Source: Dimorphilus gyrociliatus (Eukaryota > Animalia > Annelida). From it: a DNA stretch of 64,000 bases. The stretch is taken from positions 1,270,510 to 1,334,509 of the forward strand of contig CAJFCJ010000007.1 of the NCBI GenBank assembly GCA_904063045.1, in the 5' to 3' direction. Positions 1 to 13,160 of this stretch are shown here, in pieces. The notes under the pieces were generated by a model. It saw nothing but the letters and a program-made list of their open reading frames with translations, was not told the DNA's origin and searched no databases. The position numbers were made by a program, and so were the translations under genes. Position 1 is the first letter of the stretch, and every line of letters begins with the position of its first letter.

Positions 1-1776
1 AAAGCTTGCTGCTTGGAAACACGATAACATCTGTCAGATATATGGTGTTCAACTTTATCCGTTCAAAATCTTTTTGGAATATTCCGAACTTGGAAGTTTA
101 TGTAGTTATTTGGCAAGACCACCTAAAGATGTAACATTTTCTTTTTTGGTTAGCGCTGCTGAGCAAGTTGCACGAGCTCTAGAATATCTTGTAAATCTAT
201 AAGTATTTATAAATTCAAATGATTAACTAACTTTATTTTATTTAGTCGAACATAGAAGATTCTTTTCTACGAGTTCATGGCAATATACGATTACGTAATG
301 TTTTGGTTTTCGAAGAAAACTCTACTTTTACATTCAAATTAGCCGATAGTGGATGCGGCGAAGTTTATCAAAATAATAGTGAGAGAAAGCCACCAGAAAG
401 CATCATATCTCACTATTCAGATATATTCGCTTACGGTACTTTTCTGGTCGAATTGTTTAATCTTGGAAAATATAACATGTGGAGCGAAATGGGAAAATGC
501 CCTAAACATATCTATGATGATGTTGTTTCGAAGTGTTGTGATTTTGATATTTACAAAAGATTACCTGCTGAAAAAGCAGTAAACTATTTTGCGGAAGTTT
601 TATCAACTTTTTCACAAGAAAACCTCCAAAAAGTATGGGTAGTGGCGAAAAAATTTGAAGTTAGGGGAGTTAAAATGACTTTTTCGGAAGTTCCACAGGA
701 CTATCTAAATAGTTTACGGATAGACAAAAGTGATATCGTCATAAAAGGGAAACTCGGAAACGTTAATATATTTATATTTCATCAAAAAAAATGCTTTAAT
801 TCTAATATTTTCTTCTCTTTTTCAATTTAATAGGGTCATTTTGGAGAAGTAAATGAGGCTTTTATGGCTGCCAAAGACAAAAGTGTTGCCGTTAAACAGA
901 TTAGGATTGACAGAAATGAGTATGAGTTAATACTTGCTTTCGTTTTTTTTTTCTAATAATAATAAGCAACAATTCTTTTTTTGTTTTAGGAATTTAGAAA
1001 GAAGCATCCACGATTTCCAAAAAGAGTTTTTGATTATGTCAGAGCTACATCACGAGAATATTGTGAAAGCTATTGGATTTATGTCCGATGATGATGAAGG
1101 TTTGTAACGTCTTTTCTTTTCAATTTGGTTTCAAATATTCACTCTTTCAAATGTCTTAAAAGGTATGTCCAATCTAAAAATTGTTGTGGAGTTTCAAAAA
1201 CTAGGATCTTTAGAAAAGTATCTTAAGTCAAGAAAATCAGAAATTGCTTTGGATATGAAGTACAAATGGTTGAAAGAAGTTGCACAGGGTATGGCATATC
1301 TATCAAGTGAAGGAATTGTTCATCGAGATTTAGCTGCTCGTAATGTGCTTTTGAACGAGAATTTCACTGCAAAGATAACAGACTTTGGCCTTGCTAGATG
1401 CACAGAAGATGGATGCTATCAAATGGTAAATAACGAGATTCCAATGTTCTATTACTCTCCTGAGGTGCTATTAAATCGCAAGTATAGTACTGAAGGAGAT
1501 GTTTGGTCATACGGTGTATTTAGTTGGGAAATTATGATCGATTGTCAGAAAGCGCCTAAAACACATATAGTGGAAATGGACAGCAGATTTAGAAGTCACA
1601 TCACACGCGAAAATGTTGGAGAATACCTTTTAAACAATCCAGGTACATTTTACTTAACTGAGATTTATAAATTTGAAGATAGATTTAAGAATTTACTGGA
1701 CAAGTGCTTCAAAGTGGAAGAGAAGCAACGTGCAAGCTTCGACGCAATTGTTAAACATTTACAAAACAACTTTTGA
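1..1776 (+). CDS. JAK: Janus-type tyrosine kinase, 5'-partial (pseudokinase JH2 + kinase JH1)
   Basis: Exons 1-190, 246-761, 834-919, 990-1099 and 1163-1776 splice in frame at GT-AG sites. The first domain has the pseudokinase signatures [11 protein letters not shown] and KLADSG. The second has [24 protein letters not shown] and DVWSYG. A tandem pseudokinase + tyrosine kinase is the JAK architecture. Confidence 0.88.
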
Positions 1777-2207
1777 ATGCACCTTTTCTCGAAATATTAT
1801 TATGCTTGATGTAAAAGTTTTGTTCAAAACACTAACATTAAATACTTATCAATTGATAAATATGTATCCATAATATTACAAACTAGTAATATCGTCTTTA
1901 AAACCTTATATCAATTTTTAAGTATTTAATAAAAAAAATACTGAAGGATTTTTCCGTAATTATCAATTTCCAAGAAATTTAAAATAATACGCTGTAGATC
2001 ATAATAAGCTTATATCTTTATTTTATTAATAAATATCCGTTACTTATTTACAAAATGCATTAACTTATAATCCAAAAGATAACCGTTGTATACATCAATC
2101 AATGTCAACAGTTTTTAGCATAAAACTTATACAAACAGTTTTACATAGTGTAAATTTCTTTCGTTTTTTTTGTTAGATGAAAATATATTTGGTTGGTAAT
2201 TTTATTA

Positions 2208-2603
2208 TTATGTGTAACTACCCATATTACCTGCTCTCTCAGATTCTTCTATGGTATAGGGTTTTTCACCGCTTTCCAACTGTTTTACCTTTCTGCGATG
2301 CGGTCTCGATTTCTTATGATCCTCAAGTGCTTTTTCAGATATACAATATTTCCTGTTGAGATTAAATAGATAAGAATTTTCGAAAAGTAAGATATAATGT
2401 AAAACTGAGAGAGGCTAGTTTTATACTTACGCACACTCTACGCAATAAAATTGCGCATTTCCCGGCAAGTCGTAATCAACTGCCTGATTTTCAAGCTTCT
2501 GACGATTTTCTTCTTTAACATCTTCAAATATTTCATCCAATTGTTTAGTAATCCTTTTGGCTTTTAGCCTTTTTGCTGGTCTTTTATGCAATTTTCTACC
2601 CAT
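2208..2603 (-). CDS. ZNF593: Zinc finger protein 593 / Bud20 homolog (pre-60S export factor), 105 aa, 2 exons
   Basis: Exons 2603-2431 and 2352-2208 (GTAAGT...CAG intron) translate to [28 protein letters not shown]...[61 protein letters not shown]. This matches the Bud20/ZNF593 pattern LPGxxQFYCxxC...HxxSxxHxRxxKxL...PYTxEExERA. Not in the ORF track. Confidence 0.92.
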
Positions 2604-2827
2604 GTGTTTATCGAGTATCGTATCACGCTATACTATCGACGAAACGGTCAATTGTTAAGTATTAACCGGTGACTGGGATCCAAAGTGAAAGGTTTAAATG
2701 AAACTTGAAAATAATCGATCAGGAGCACGAAACCAGATCATGGTGTGTCATTCGTTTACGAATTGAGTCACTTCAACTTCCTTACTATTCAAAGTTATAA
2801 TAAAAGTAATTGGAAGAAAATTAAAAG

Positions 2828-5254
2828 ATGTGGAAAGCTCAAGTTGGTCATCAGGTTAATGCAAATGCAAATGCGGATGATGATGATTGGGAGACGGAGG
2901 CGGATTTTGAGGTTTGAATCTGTTTATATTATACCTATTTCCTTAAAACTACTCCACAGAATTATCTTAACTTAACAGAATACGGTTGATGAAAAGGCTC
3001 AGCGTTGGGGATCTACGACTGTAGCTGGGTCTGGTCATATTGACAGTGTAAAGTATGATTATTTTATTATTTTCCTTTTAAAATATTTCTTGTTTTGCAC
3101 ATTTTCCATGATATACAAAAACCAAAACAATTACGCCCTACAGTTTGAATGAACTAAATAAAACAGTTGTACAAGAGCACGCCAAAATGAAGGAGAAGGA
3201 AATGAAAGACGGACCAAAAGCATCCTACGGATACGGAGGAAAGTTTGGAGTAGAAAAAGACCGAATGGACTCGTGTGCACTGACTCACGATCACAAGGAG
3301 CAATTATCCAAGCACTCGTCACAAACAGATGCTGCTAGAGGATTTGGTGGAAAATACGGGGTGGAAAAGGATCGAATTGATAAAGTAAAATATAAAAATT
3401 ATCTCCTTACAAATTGATTAATAATATTTCTTCTAAAATTACAAAGTCTGCCAAAACTTGGGAGTTTCGAGAGCAACTACAGAAGCACGAATCGCAAAAA
3501 GGTCAGTAACCGAATAAGACTATTTTTCTCATAATAGAAAACTTAGAATAATCCTTCCATCCGCCTCTTCTTTAGACTACGCAAAAGGCTTCGGTGGTAA
3601 ATACGGCGTTCAGAAAGAAAACTTCGATAAAAGTGCTGTTGGTTGGGGATATCAAGAAAAAGTTGAGAAACATGCCTCGCAGAAAGGTTATAACAGTTCT
3701 TTAGAGATCAACAGCAAAAGTCTTTATCTCAAATAATTCTTTATTCAGATTATGCTCATGGTTTTGGAGGAAAATACGGTGTCGAAAAAGATAAGATGGA
3801 TAAGTCTGCTCAGGGTTGGGGAGAACAGAATAAAACTGAAGCTCACCCTTCTCAAAAAGATTACAGTAAAGGATTTGGAGGTAAATATGGTGTTGAAAAA
3901 GACAAAATGGACAAATCTGCTCAAGGCTGGGGAGAGCAGAACAAAACTGAGGCCCATTCTTCTCAGATAGACCATAGTAAAGGCTTTGGAGGCAAATATG
4001 GCGTTGAAACGGATCGCGTCGATAAATCTGCACAAGGTTGGGGAGAACAGAATAAGACTGAAGCTCATCCTTCTCAAAAAGATTACAGTAAAGGATTTGG
4101 AGGTAAATATGGTGTCGAAAAAGATAAGATGGACAAATCTGCTCAAGGCTGGGGAGAGCAGAACAAAACTGAGGCCCATTCTTCTCAGATAGACCATAGT
4201 AAAGGCTTTGGAGGCAAATATGGCGTTGAAACGGATCGCGTCGATCAATCTGCACAAGGTTGGGGAGAACAGAATAAAACTGAAGCCCATCCTTCTCAGA
4301 TAGATCATAGTAAAGGTTTTGGAGGCAAATACGGAGTTGAATCAGATCGCGTCGATAAATCTGCACAAGGTTGGGGAGAACAGAATAAAACTGAAGCTCA
4401 TCCTTCTCAAAAAGATTATAGTAAAGGATTTGGAGGAAAATATGGAGTGGAAGCAGCAACGGATGAGGTTTGCTCTGTCTCATTTTTGAATACAATTATT
4501 TTATCTAATTATGAATGATTTTTACTTTTAGTCAGCAAGAGGATATGATGATAGAGAAGAAAGAGAAGCACCGAAGAGAATAATAGAAAGTCAGTAAAAT
4601 ATTTATATCTTTAAATAGGTTGATTGGATGCCTTATAACAGCCTCAAGTAACACAAGTTCTATTCGAGCTCAATTTGAAAATGCTGCAAAATCAATTAAT
4701 CAACCTCCGCCTAGAGTGTCTCAAGCAAGGATAGGACAGCCAGTTATGCCTGTGCATAAAAGGTCTATACAGAATGAATTGGAAGAAAAACTAAAAATTG
4801 AACAGCAGGAAGAAATATATGAAGACGCTCAAGCAGTTCAAGCACCGGAAGAAGAGTACTCCGATATTGCACCAGAACGGAATTCGGCAATATATGATGA
4901 GGCTATCCCGCAAAGCAACCAAGAAGCAATTAATGAAGAATTATATGAAGAGATCAATCAAGGTCAAATGCAGCCACAGTCACAACCAAAACAAGAAACC
5001 TCTGGATCAGCAACTTTCAGGGCAATTGCCATGTTTGATTACCAAGCTGGCGACTCGGATGAAATAAGCTTTGATCCGGGTGAAGAAATTATCGATATTA
5101 TCGAGGTAAATTTTATTATTATTATTAATTTGCTTTTAACTAAACCGTAAAAATAATAAATGTAAACAAACAGGTAGCAGACGGCTGGTGGCAGGGCCAA
5201 TGCCGCGGAAAGACTGGCTTGTTTCCAAGTAATTATGTAAAAAGAAAAGATTGA
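2828..5254 (+). CDS. CTTN: Cortactin (NTA with DDW motif, ~9.5 HS1/cortactin repeats, helical region, SH3)
   Basis: Exons 2828-2911, 2979-3052, 3144-3384, 3447-3501, 3576-3686, 3749-4467, 4532-4589, 4643-5105 and 5174-5254 join in frame. The protein starts MWKAQVGH...[11 protein letters not shown], carries 37-aa GFGGKYGV repeats and SIRAQFEN, and ends in an SH3 domain (AMFDYQA...GWWQG...GLFPSNYV). Confidence 0.96.
3749..4452 (+). repeat. Coding tandem repeat, 111-bp unit, ~6.4 copies within one cortactin exon
   Basis: Units [37 protein letters not shown] / [37 protein letters not shown] recur with near-identical DNA. A 222-bp higher-order dimer is visible (~3861-4080 vs ~4081-4300). Confidence 0.93.
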
Positions 5255-6074
5255 TTATTATCATGTATTACAACAATAATATTTTTTATGTTATAAAATT
5301 ATTTTTAAGTGAATTTTAATTGCAATAAGACAAGAAAATTATACATCTTAAGAAGTTTTGTACCTAATTTAAATATGACGGTATTTTCACGCATGCTCCG
5401 TCGTTACTTCCGTCTTCTATTAATCCTAGAATATCGCAAACAAAAGGTAAACACAAAGTTTTCACAGTTTAATACAATAAAAACATCTAACATTGTTGCT
5501 TAACACGTATTTATAATTAGACTTATCAAATTACGTTTTATTGTTACTTTTTATTATGAATAAAATGGTATATTTTAAAGAAATAAAGAATGATTATTTT
5601 GTGAGTCAAATCTACCGTAGCCCCACCTTTTTTTAGATACTTATAAAATTAATATTATATAGGTAAAGCAGAGAATCTATTATCAATCTTCTGTCATACT
5701 CCGTAACCTAAACATTAGTTAATTTAACAAGCTTTTTAGGTAAGCAACGTGTTTATTTATTGGCATTAAAAAAAAACTTTAAAACTTGGTCACTTCACAA
5801 GGTAAACAAATGATTTACACAGAAAATTATTGTATATCTTATTATTCTTAATAAATCATTTGTTGTAAAAGAAAGAGAGATGTTAAGAGAATTTATTTTA
5901 TTTTATATTATATTTTCAACATTGTTCTAATAATAGACACTGTATTCAAACAATTTAGGGAGATAAGGTTACAATTTGGCCACTTTTCGAATGTCCGGTC
6001 CAGTTTTAGTCGAATAATTTTACGGAGAGGAGAACTGAAAGAGAATAGAGAATCTATTTTAATTTACTAGAAAA

Positions 6075-9000
6075 ATGACGTCCATAATTGTAAATGGAAG
6101 TGATGAGGAGGGCGAAAAGGGAGGCATCTCCGAATTCATGAAGGGTGCTGTAAAAAGTACACTTGAACCAGCTATGGCGATTGATCAACCAGGAATGAGA
6201 AGGACAGAAAGTTCTGAAGCCCTAAAATATATGACTTTGCATCAATTAGCTCGTGATGGAGACTCTGCTGTAATAATAATGAACAAATAGTATTATGAAT
6301 ATAAAAACAAAACTATTTTGTTTCAGGGTTTATCAACAGTTTTAGAAAAGCATTCAGGGCAAATGAACAGACTTAAAAAGTTTGTTAATACGAAAGACGA
6401 GGAGAAAATATCTCCCCTCCATTATGCAGCTCGTTACAATCATGCCGAATCCTGCAAAGTTCTTATCAAATATCAGGCTGGTTAGCTTTCTTTTAAGTTT
6501 TTATAATTTATCAACAAATTAAAATTAATCAACTAAAGTAGTTTTCTTTCTTTGTCCCCTTTTCTCCTTTCTTAAATAAAGATGCGAATTCTGTTGATGA
6601 GGATTTGGCTACTCCGCTTCATTATGCAGCAAGATATAAAAGACAACGAATAAAGCAATCCGAGTCTGGAACGCTTACTTCGAGCGATGATAATATTGCT
6701 GATCAATCTACAGAGAATGTAAGTTAATGCCTATACTGTATATATTAATATAAAAAAAGTTTATCTGATATATTGAAATAAAAATTTATAACAAGTTAGG
6801 CCTAAAAATCCCTTTATTTCGCATAAGATAAATAATAGTATCATTATATTATATTATAGTCATCAGCCGAACACTTTCGCACAATAATCGTAAGTTTCAA
6901 GGATTAACCAATTAAAATTCTTACTGTTTTTTTTTTTTCCATTCTCCATTTATTTTTTTTATTAAAAAAAAAAGAAAAACTAAAAAACTGCAAAACAGAA
7001 TGTCAGAAACTATAGAGATTTTGAATTAATTTATGTTGTCTTGGTATTTGGTACTATCTGTTGTTATTGATTTAGTTCTGTTAATATTAAGTTATTTCAT
7101 ATTTTTAAATACTCGTTAAACCTTATTGCATATTATTTGTTTTTTAGTTCTTTTAACTAAAATAATAGACTTTCTATTTATTTTCCTATTTATCAAAAAA
7201 GGTGAAAGATGAATCATCAATTGATAATAGCGTTATCCTGTTTTTAATTTCAAAAGGAGCTAACGTTAATGCCCAAGGTAAGGGAGAATGAATTGATAAG
7301 AAGATTACAACATAAAGAAATCTTATAATTTTCCTCATTAATTGCAGATAGGTACGGTTGTACTCCGTTACATTTTGCGGCTATGAGAGGAAATGAAGTT
7401 GCTACAGTTGAATTATTGAGTTGTCCATCAATTGATATTGAGGTATGATTCCTTCTTCCTCTAATTTATATCTAATCAATAGAAACGTTTGTAATAGATT
7501 GAGGACAAACAAAAAGTTAGAGCTTTACATTTAGCCGTTGCTCACTCGGAAAAGTACATAGTAGAATTGCTCATTGAGAGTGGTGCACAATTGGGTTGTA
7601 AGGATGAGGATGAAGGTACACCTCTTCACCTGGCTTGCATGGAAGGCAATTGTGAAATTGCTGAAATGGTTTGTTGATCATTGACATTAAACTAAGGGCA
7701 AACCTTTTAAACTTATACTTTCTCTCCTTCTTATTTTAGATTATTAATAAAGCGAACAATACATTTGGCTGGCCTATTGCTTTACAGGTTAGCGTAAAAG
7801 AGAGAAGAAAAACGCATTTATTGTCGTATTTTCTATATTTTTGATAATTTTTCTTAATAGTTAATACAAGATACGGATATGGAACAAAACACTCCACTTC
7901 ATTTGGCCGTTGAAAATGGTTCGCTGGAAGTTACTCAACTGTTATTGGTAACAGTCTATTTTACTATAATATTTTATAGTTTATTCTTTAAAATTTCCTT
8001 CAAACAATTATAGAACAGAAGTGCCGATGTTAATCTATTGTGTAAACAAGCAACATCCGCTTTGCATCTAGCAGCTCAATCTGGAAATGATGATATTGTA
8101 AAATTGCTCTTGACAAAAAATGCCAAACCAGATTCCCTGAATTCTAATGCCCAAACACCATTGCATATAGCTGCTTCTCATAACCGTTCAAATATTGTTG
8201 AATTGCTACTAGACCATGAAAAAGAGTCCTATCCCCATGCGAGCCGAAATTTAAGGAGATCACAGATTTCGAGACGAGATAGGGACGGTTACAGTCCTCT
8301 GCTATTTGCTGCCGAATTTGGTCATGCAGAAGTTATACATACATTAATGAGAAGGGGAGCCAGTTTGAAGGATACGGAAAAGAACGATCGTAATGCAATA
8401 TTCCTTGCCGCTCAAGAGGATCAGATGGACGCTTTAAAAGCATTGATGAATTACTTGGACGAAGAAAATGTTATCGATGATGGTGATCGCTACAGTAATA
8501 CTGCTCTACATGCAGCAGCTGAAAAGGGTTTTTTGAGATGTGTTAAAGTAAGTTTATAGAGGGAAGAACTTATTGGGCAATTATAATAGGCTTATTATTT
8601 TCTTTTCAATATTAGTTATTATTGGAAAATAACGCGGATATTGATGCTAAAAATGAGGAAGAACAAACGCCTCTTCACTTGGCTGCTAAGGCTGGTAAAA
8701 CGAATGTTGTCAGAGAATTGGTCAGAGTGGGCGGAAAGAGAGTTGTAGATGACGAAGACGAGGATTCAAATACTCCGTTACATCTAGCAGCCTTAGCAGG
8801 TAATAGTAAGGTTGCTCAGGTGTTAATTGAAGCTAATGCTAATATAAGCGCAAGAAATACTAGCCAGTGGACACCGCTAGATTGCGCAGCCGCTAAAGGA
8901 TGGCCTAAAACTTGCACAGTTTTATTGGAAAATGACGCCCCTGTCGATCCAAAAGATCGAATTAAGAGCACACCCCTTCATCTTGCTTCAGCAAAAGGTC

Positions 9001-9830
9001 ATTGTCAAGTTGTACATGTTTTGTTAAAATGGAAAGCCGATATCCAGGAACGACAGAGAAAAGTAGTGTTTCTGTTTTTTTCTATTTAATATGTAACACT
9101 TATTATTTTCATCTCATTTAGGAGGGTCAAAATGATGATAGCGGTGAGGGTGACAACTGTCTAGATTTAGCAATAGATAATGGTCACAAGGACGTCGCAT
9201 TGGCGATAATCGGTTCTGATAATTGGGAAGAGGCTTTAAAGAATGATACTACAGATTCGATGGGTAGAAGAACAACTCCCATGAGAAAACTTATTCGAAA
9301 AATGCCTGAAGTAGCAGAAAAAGTATTTTCCAAGTGCGTAGAAAAGAATGGAAACCCTGAAAGTCCTGAATATAGTTTAACATTCAATTGGGAATATCTT
9401 GATGATATGTACTCGCGATGGAGCGAAAATGTTAATACTAAGGACGATACTGTTAGTATATTAAGCGGAAATAGTTCACGAATGGATGAAGAAATTTGGG
9501 ACCACGACTTTAAAATACGTCCAGGTGTAAAACCTTACAGTGAAGACTCGAACATGTTAAAAGTAAATCATCCATTGATGATAATGGTAGAATCAAAACA
9601 AGAAGATCTACTAGGTCATCCACTAGTAACAAGCTTATTACGTCACAAATGGAATTCCTTTGGTCGGATTGTGTACTATCTGAACTTGTTGCTCTATTGT
9701 GTTTTCTTAGTATTCCTTACTGGATATGTTGTTGTTGCTAAACCTCCGTATTGGTACTTGTAAGTATTCTTTAAGAACTTATTATAAATAGATTTCAATT
9801 AAAAATCGTATATATACTATATACTATATA

Positions 9831-9875
<45 letters not shown>

Positions 9876-11256
9876 TATTTAGTAACGAAACTGACGGAGA
9901 TTTGCATGGAAAAGGATGTACAGTTCTTAAAAGTTCTCTCGCGTACAACAGCTGGAAGAACAACAAGGATGACGTTGCTTATAAAATATTCGTAAAAGCT
10001 GGCAAATGGATAATAATAGGTCTATCAGCTTTTAGTCTTGTAAGAGAAGTAAGTTGACGTTAGAATAGTAAAACGACATAATATTTTAATAATAATTTAA
10101 TCATTGTTACAAACAGATGATACAAATTTATCATAGTAGATGGCAATATCTGCTTGTTTGGGAGAATCTCTTGGAATGGGGAACAGGTATTACAGCTATT
10201 TTAGCTGTAATCGACGTATCAAGCTGTCAGGAGGGAACGGAAATTAGAGAGGTCCGACTAAAAACCTTTTTCTTTACCATTAACGAATGTTTGCCTTATT
10301 TTCTTGTTCTCTTTAGAGTTGGCAGTGGCAACTACTCACTGTGGCAATTTTTCTGGCATGGATGGAATTGGTGTTGTTCATCCGGAAACTACCTCGATTC
10401 GGCATATACGTTGTGATGTTTACCGATGTACTTCGCACTTTCACTCAATTCTTTCCAGTGTTTTTTCTCTTTATTGTAGCGTTTGCGCTAGGCTTCTTTT
10501 GCCTCTTTCAAAATCAGGTGCCGTTTCAAAGCTTTGGAGCGTCACTGATTAAAACATCTGTCATGATGATAGGAGAATTTGAGTTTGAGCAATTATTTCT
10601 AGGGCCACAAAATATCAATAAAGTAATAACAGCGGACAACCACAAGTCCTATCTATATTACCCTGGAATTTCCTATGTGCTTTTCGTCTTCTTTCTAATT
10701 CTCATGAGCGTTATCATCATGAATTTACTCGTTGGTTTGGCTGTTGATGACATTAAAGCCGTACAAGATCAGGCCGTCTTGAAGCGTCTTGCTATGCAAG
10801 TCGAGTTGGCTTTGGACGTTGAACGGATACTGCCAGAGTTTATACGAAGACGTTTTGTGGTAAAAAAGAAAACAATCAAACCTCAAGTATCCTCTAGTAA
10901 AAAAGCCTTCAATCAACTCCTTAATTTAAATGAAAATTTTCTGTCACCTGAGGAAATATCTAAGGCATTAGATGCTGATTTGGTAAGTTTGTCATTTGCT
11001 CTTGACGATATCTTCTTGAAAAAATGAATTGATGAAATTCCTAAATATCGTTTCAAAAATTATTCTTCCTTAGGATGAAATCGAAGTCGTACAAGAAAAT
11101 CAGCAGAAAATGATGAAAGATCTGACCAACATGAAACGAAAGATGAAAGAATTCACAGCTCAGACGGAAAAACTGGAAATGATGTTGGGGGCTTTGCTAA
11201 AGGCTCAAAATGTTGATTATCTTGAGGAAGATGTATGTGCGGATGAAGATATATAA
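6075..11256 (+). CDS. TRPA1: TRPA1-like transient receptor potential channel (~17 ankyrin repeats, 6 TM)
   Basis: Multi-exon gene with serial TPLHxAA ankyrin motifs, linker TPMRKLIRKMPEVA, pre-S1 LLGHPLVTSLLRHKW, pore SLIKTSVMMIGEFEF, TRP-like helix LVGLAVDDIKAVQDQAVLKRLAMQV and a coiled-coil last exon 11074-11256 ending in TAA. Confidence 0.92.
9834..9870. repeat. (TA)n microsatellite in a TRPA1 intron
   Basis: Direct reading. A (TA)n tract sits at the collinear position (~15738-15760) in the decayed TRPA1 copy. Confidence 0.9.
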
Positions 11257-12083
11257 ACATGATTTCAAAAACCTAAAGATCTAGCCAAGTAACAAAAGAA
11301 AAAATCATTATGATTGAAGCTTTATATATTTGAACAGTTTTCAAAATATTTTCTAGACCTTTTCCGGAAGAAGATCTTTTTATCTATCCTTTAAACAGAG
11401 TTACAAAAAATGAATCTGATCTTACTAAAATACTATTCTTTTTGTCAGTCTCTATTTTTATTTTACATTTTTATTTTCCATACTCCTCTTAAACAGTATT
11501 TTCTATTTTTTCTTCTTTTTATTAAGTAAACTATGTATATTTCTATTATTTTGCTTATTAACTCTTTTCTATATAAGCAGATTTTTATAAATTGTACACA
11601 AAACTCTATTTTGAATACGTTATTCAATATATTAAAATACTCTGCTTCTATTCATGTTTTTCAAAGTTAATTCACTGCTTCACATAGTTCATTGTAACAA
11701 AGCTAACATATTGAAATTTGTTACTAGGGTACTACGATACCTGTGATATTGTTCTATATTTTGAAATTTTTCTTATGATTTATTATAATTATGCAACACC
11801 TAACGTCAATCTGAATCTCTAAGTTCATAAATAAAACGCTTATTTTGTTTCTATTCTAATTCTATATTCAATTAATTATATTAATACATCACATAGTCGA
11901 AATTATAGACGAATTGTCAAAACATGCTTCATAACTTTACTTTAATTAATCATTCTCTTAAGTCTAAACTCTTGAAATATACATCAAATGCGCATAAGTG
12001 ACATTTTCAGGTTAGACCTTTCTCTTCTCTATCTATTACATCAATCATTAAAAAGATTCTTCTACATTGAATCTAAATTATAA

Positions 12084-12446
12084 CGAATCTAGATCAAATT
12101 GTCGATAAAATCATAATGATAGAGAGATTCCTTAAGCAGGAAGGAACTGAAAACAGTACAATTCATAAGAGAATCTCTTCAAGTTCCTTTACCTATCTGA
12201 GTAGACAATCAAGAAAGCGACGAATGAACGACAATTTGAGCACTATATCGTTTGGGTTAGGAAACGGCGAGGCAGGTTGCGAACTGCAAAAGGAAAGAGG
12301 CGACTTTACGCTAAATAATAATGTCATTGACCGTCGTATCCAATTGTTCTCTACTAACGCAAATGCTCAGGTAAGGAATTATCCTTTTTGTTTTGTCTTT
12401 AATCTCGAGAAAGCGGCTGCCTCTTCTGAAAAAAAGAGACACGAAG

Positions 12447-12482
<36 letters not shown>

Positions 12483-13128
12483 GATAGAAAAGAAAGAGAC
12501 ACAATATTTATTTTCTATATCTTTTTCATCTATTCATATACATTTAATGGATAACGGAAAAATCTATTTAGAATCATAAACGGCTATTCGAAACTCGCTC
12601 AATGAATTCTACTTCCGATTTGCCGATTCGGAGAAATCGACGATGTCATCAACAAACCAGGAAAGGATCTTGCTTTGTTAGCGAATTTCAACAGAGTACA
12701 AGTGACAAAGGCAGGTCGATGGGCAAAGTACCCAGAATTGCTCAACTTCAATTGGAAGAAGCCGAGTTAATGAATGATTTTAGGCCTAAGAGCGGTATTA
12801 CAATAACAAGTTTCATTCGTTCATTCTTAGCTAATAATTTGACCTCACTAGCGGCCCCACCTAATCAAAGACGTTTAACTGCTGTAGCTGCTCCTATCAC
12901 AAACGCTTTAAATCACTTGTTCTATTTTTATAAATGGCCTCCAAGGCGTCACTTATTCAACGCTCTCGGCTCTTTAGTTTTTCAGCAAAAGCTTCTTTCT
13001 GCACCACAAAGTATAGATTCCGAGATAAAGATAAGTAGTGAGAAGGAAAAAGAGGTAGACAGAGAGAAAGTGAAGAAGAAAAGAATTGAGATAAGAGAGG
13101 AAGAGTATAGCGAGAGAGATAGAGGGAG

Positions 13129-13160
<32 letters not shown>

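Noticed and set aside
3749-4452. Regularly spaced repeats resembling a CRISPR array
   Set aside because: There are no unique spacers, the unit is an in-frame 37-aa cortactin repeat, and the DNA is eukaryotic.
3701-4495. Long antisense and alternative-frame ORFs (264, 187, 72 and 68 aa) over the cortactin repeats
   Set aside because: They are shadows of a 111-bp coding repeat; a stop-free frame is propagated through every unit.
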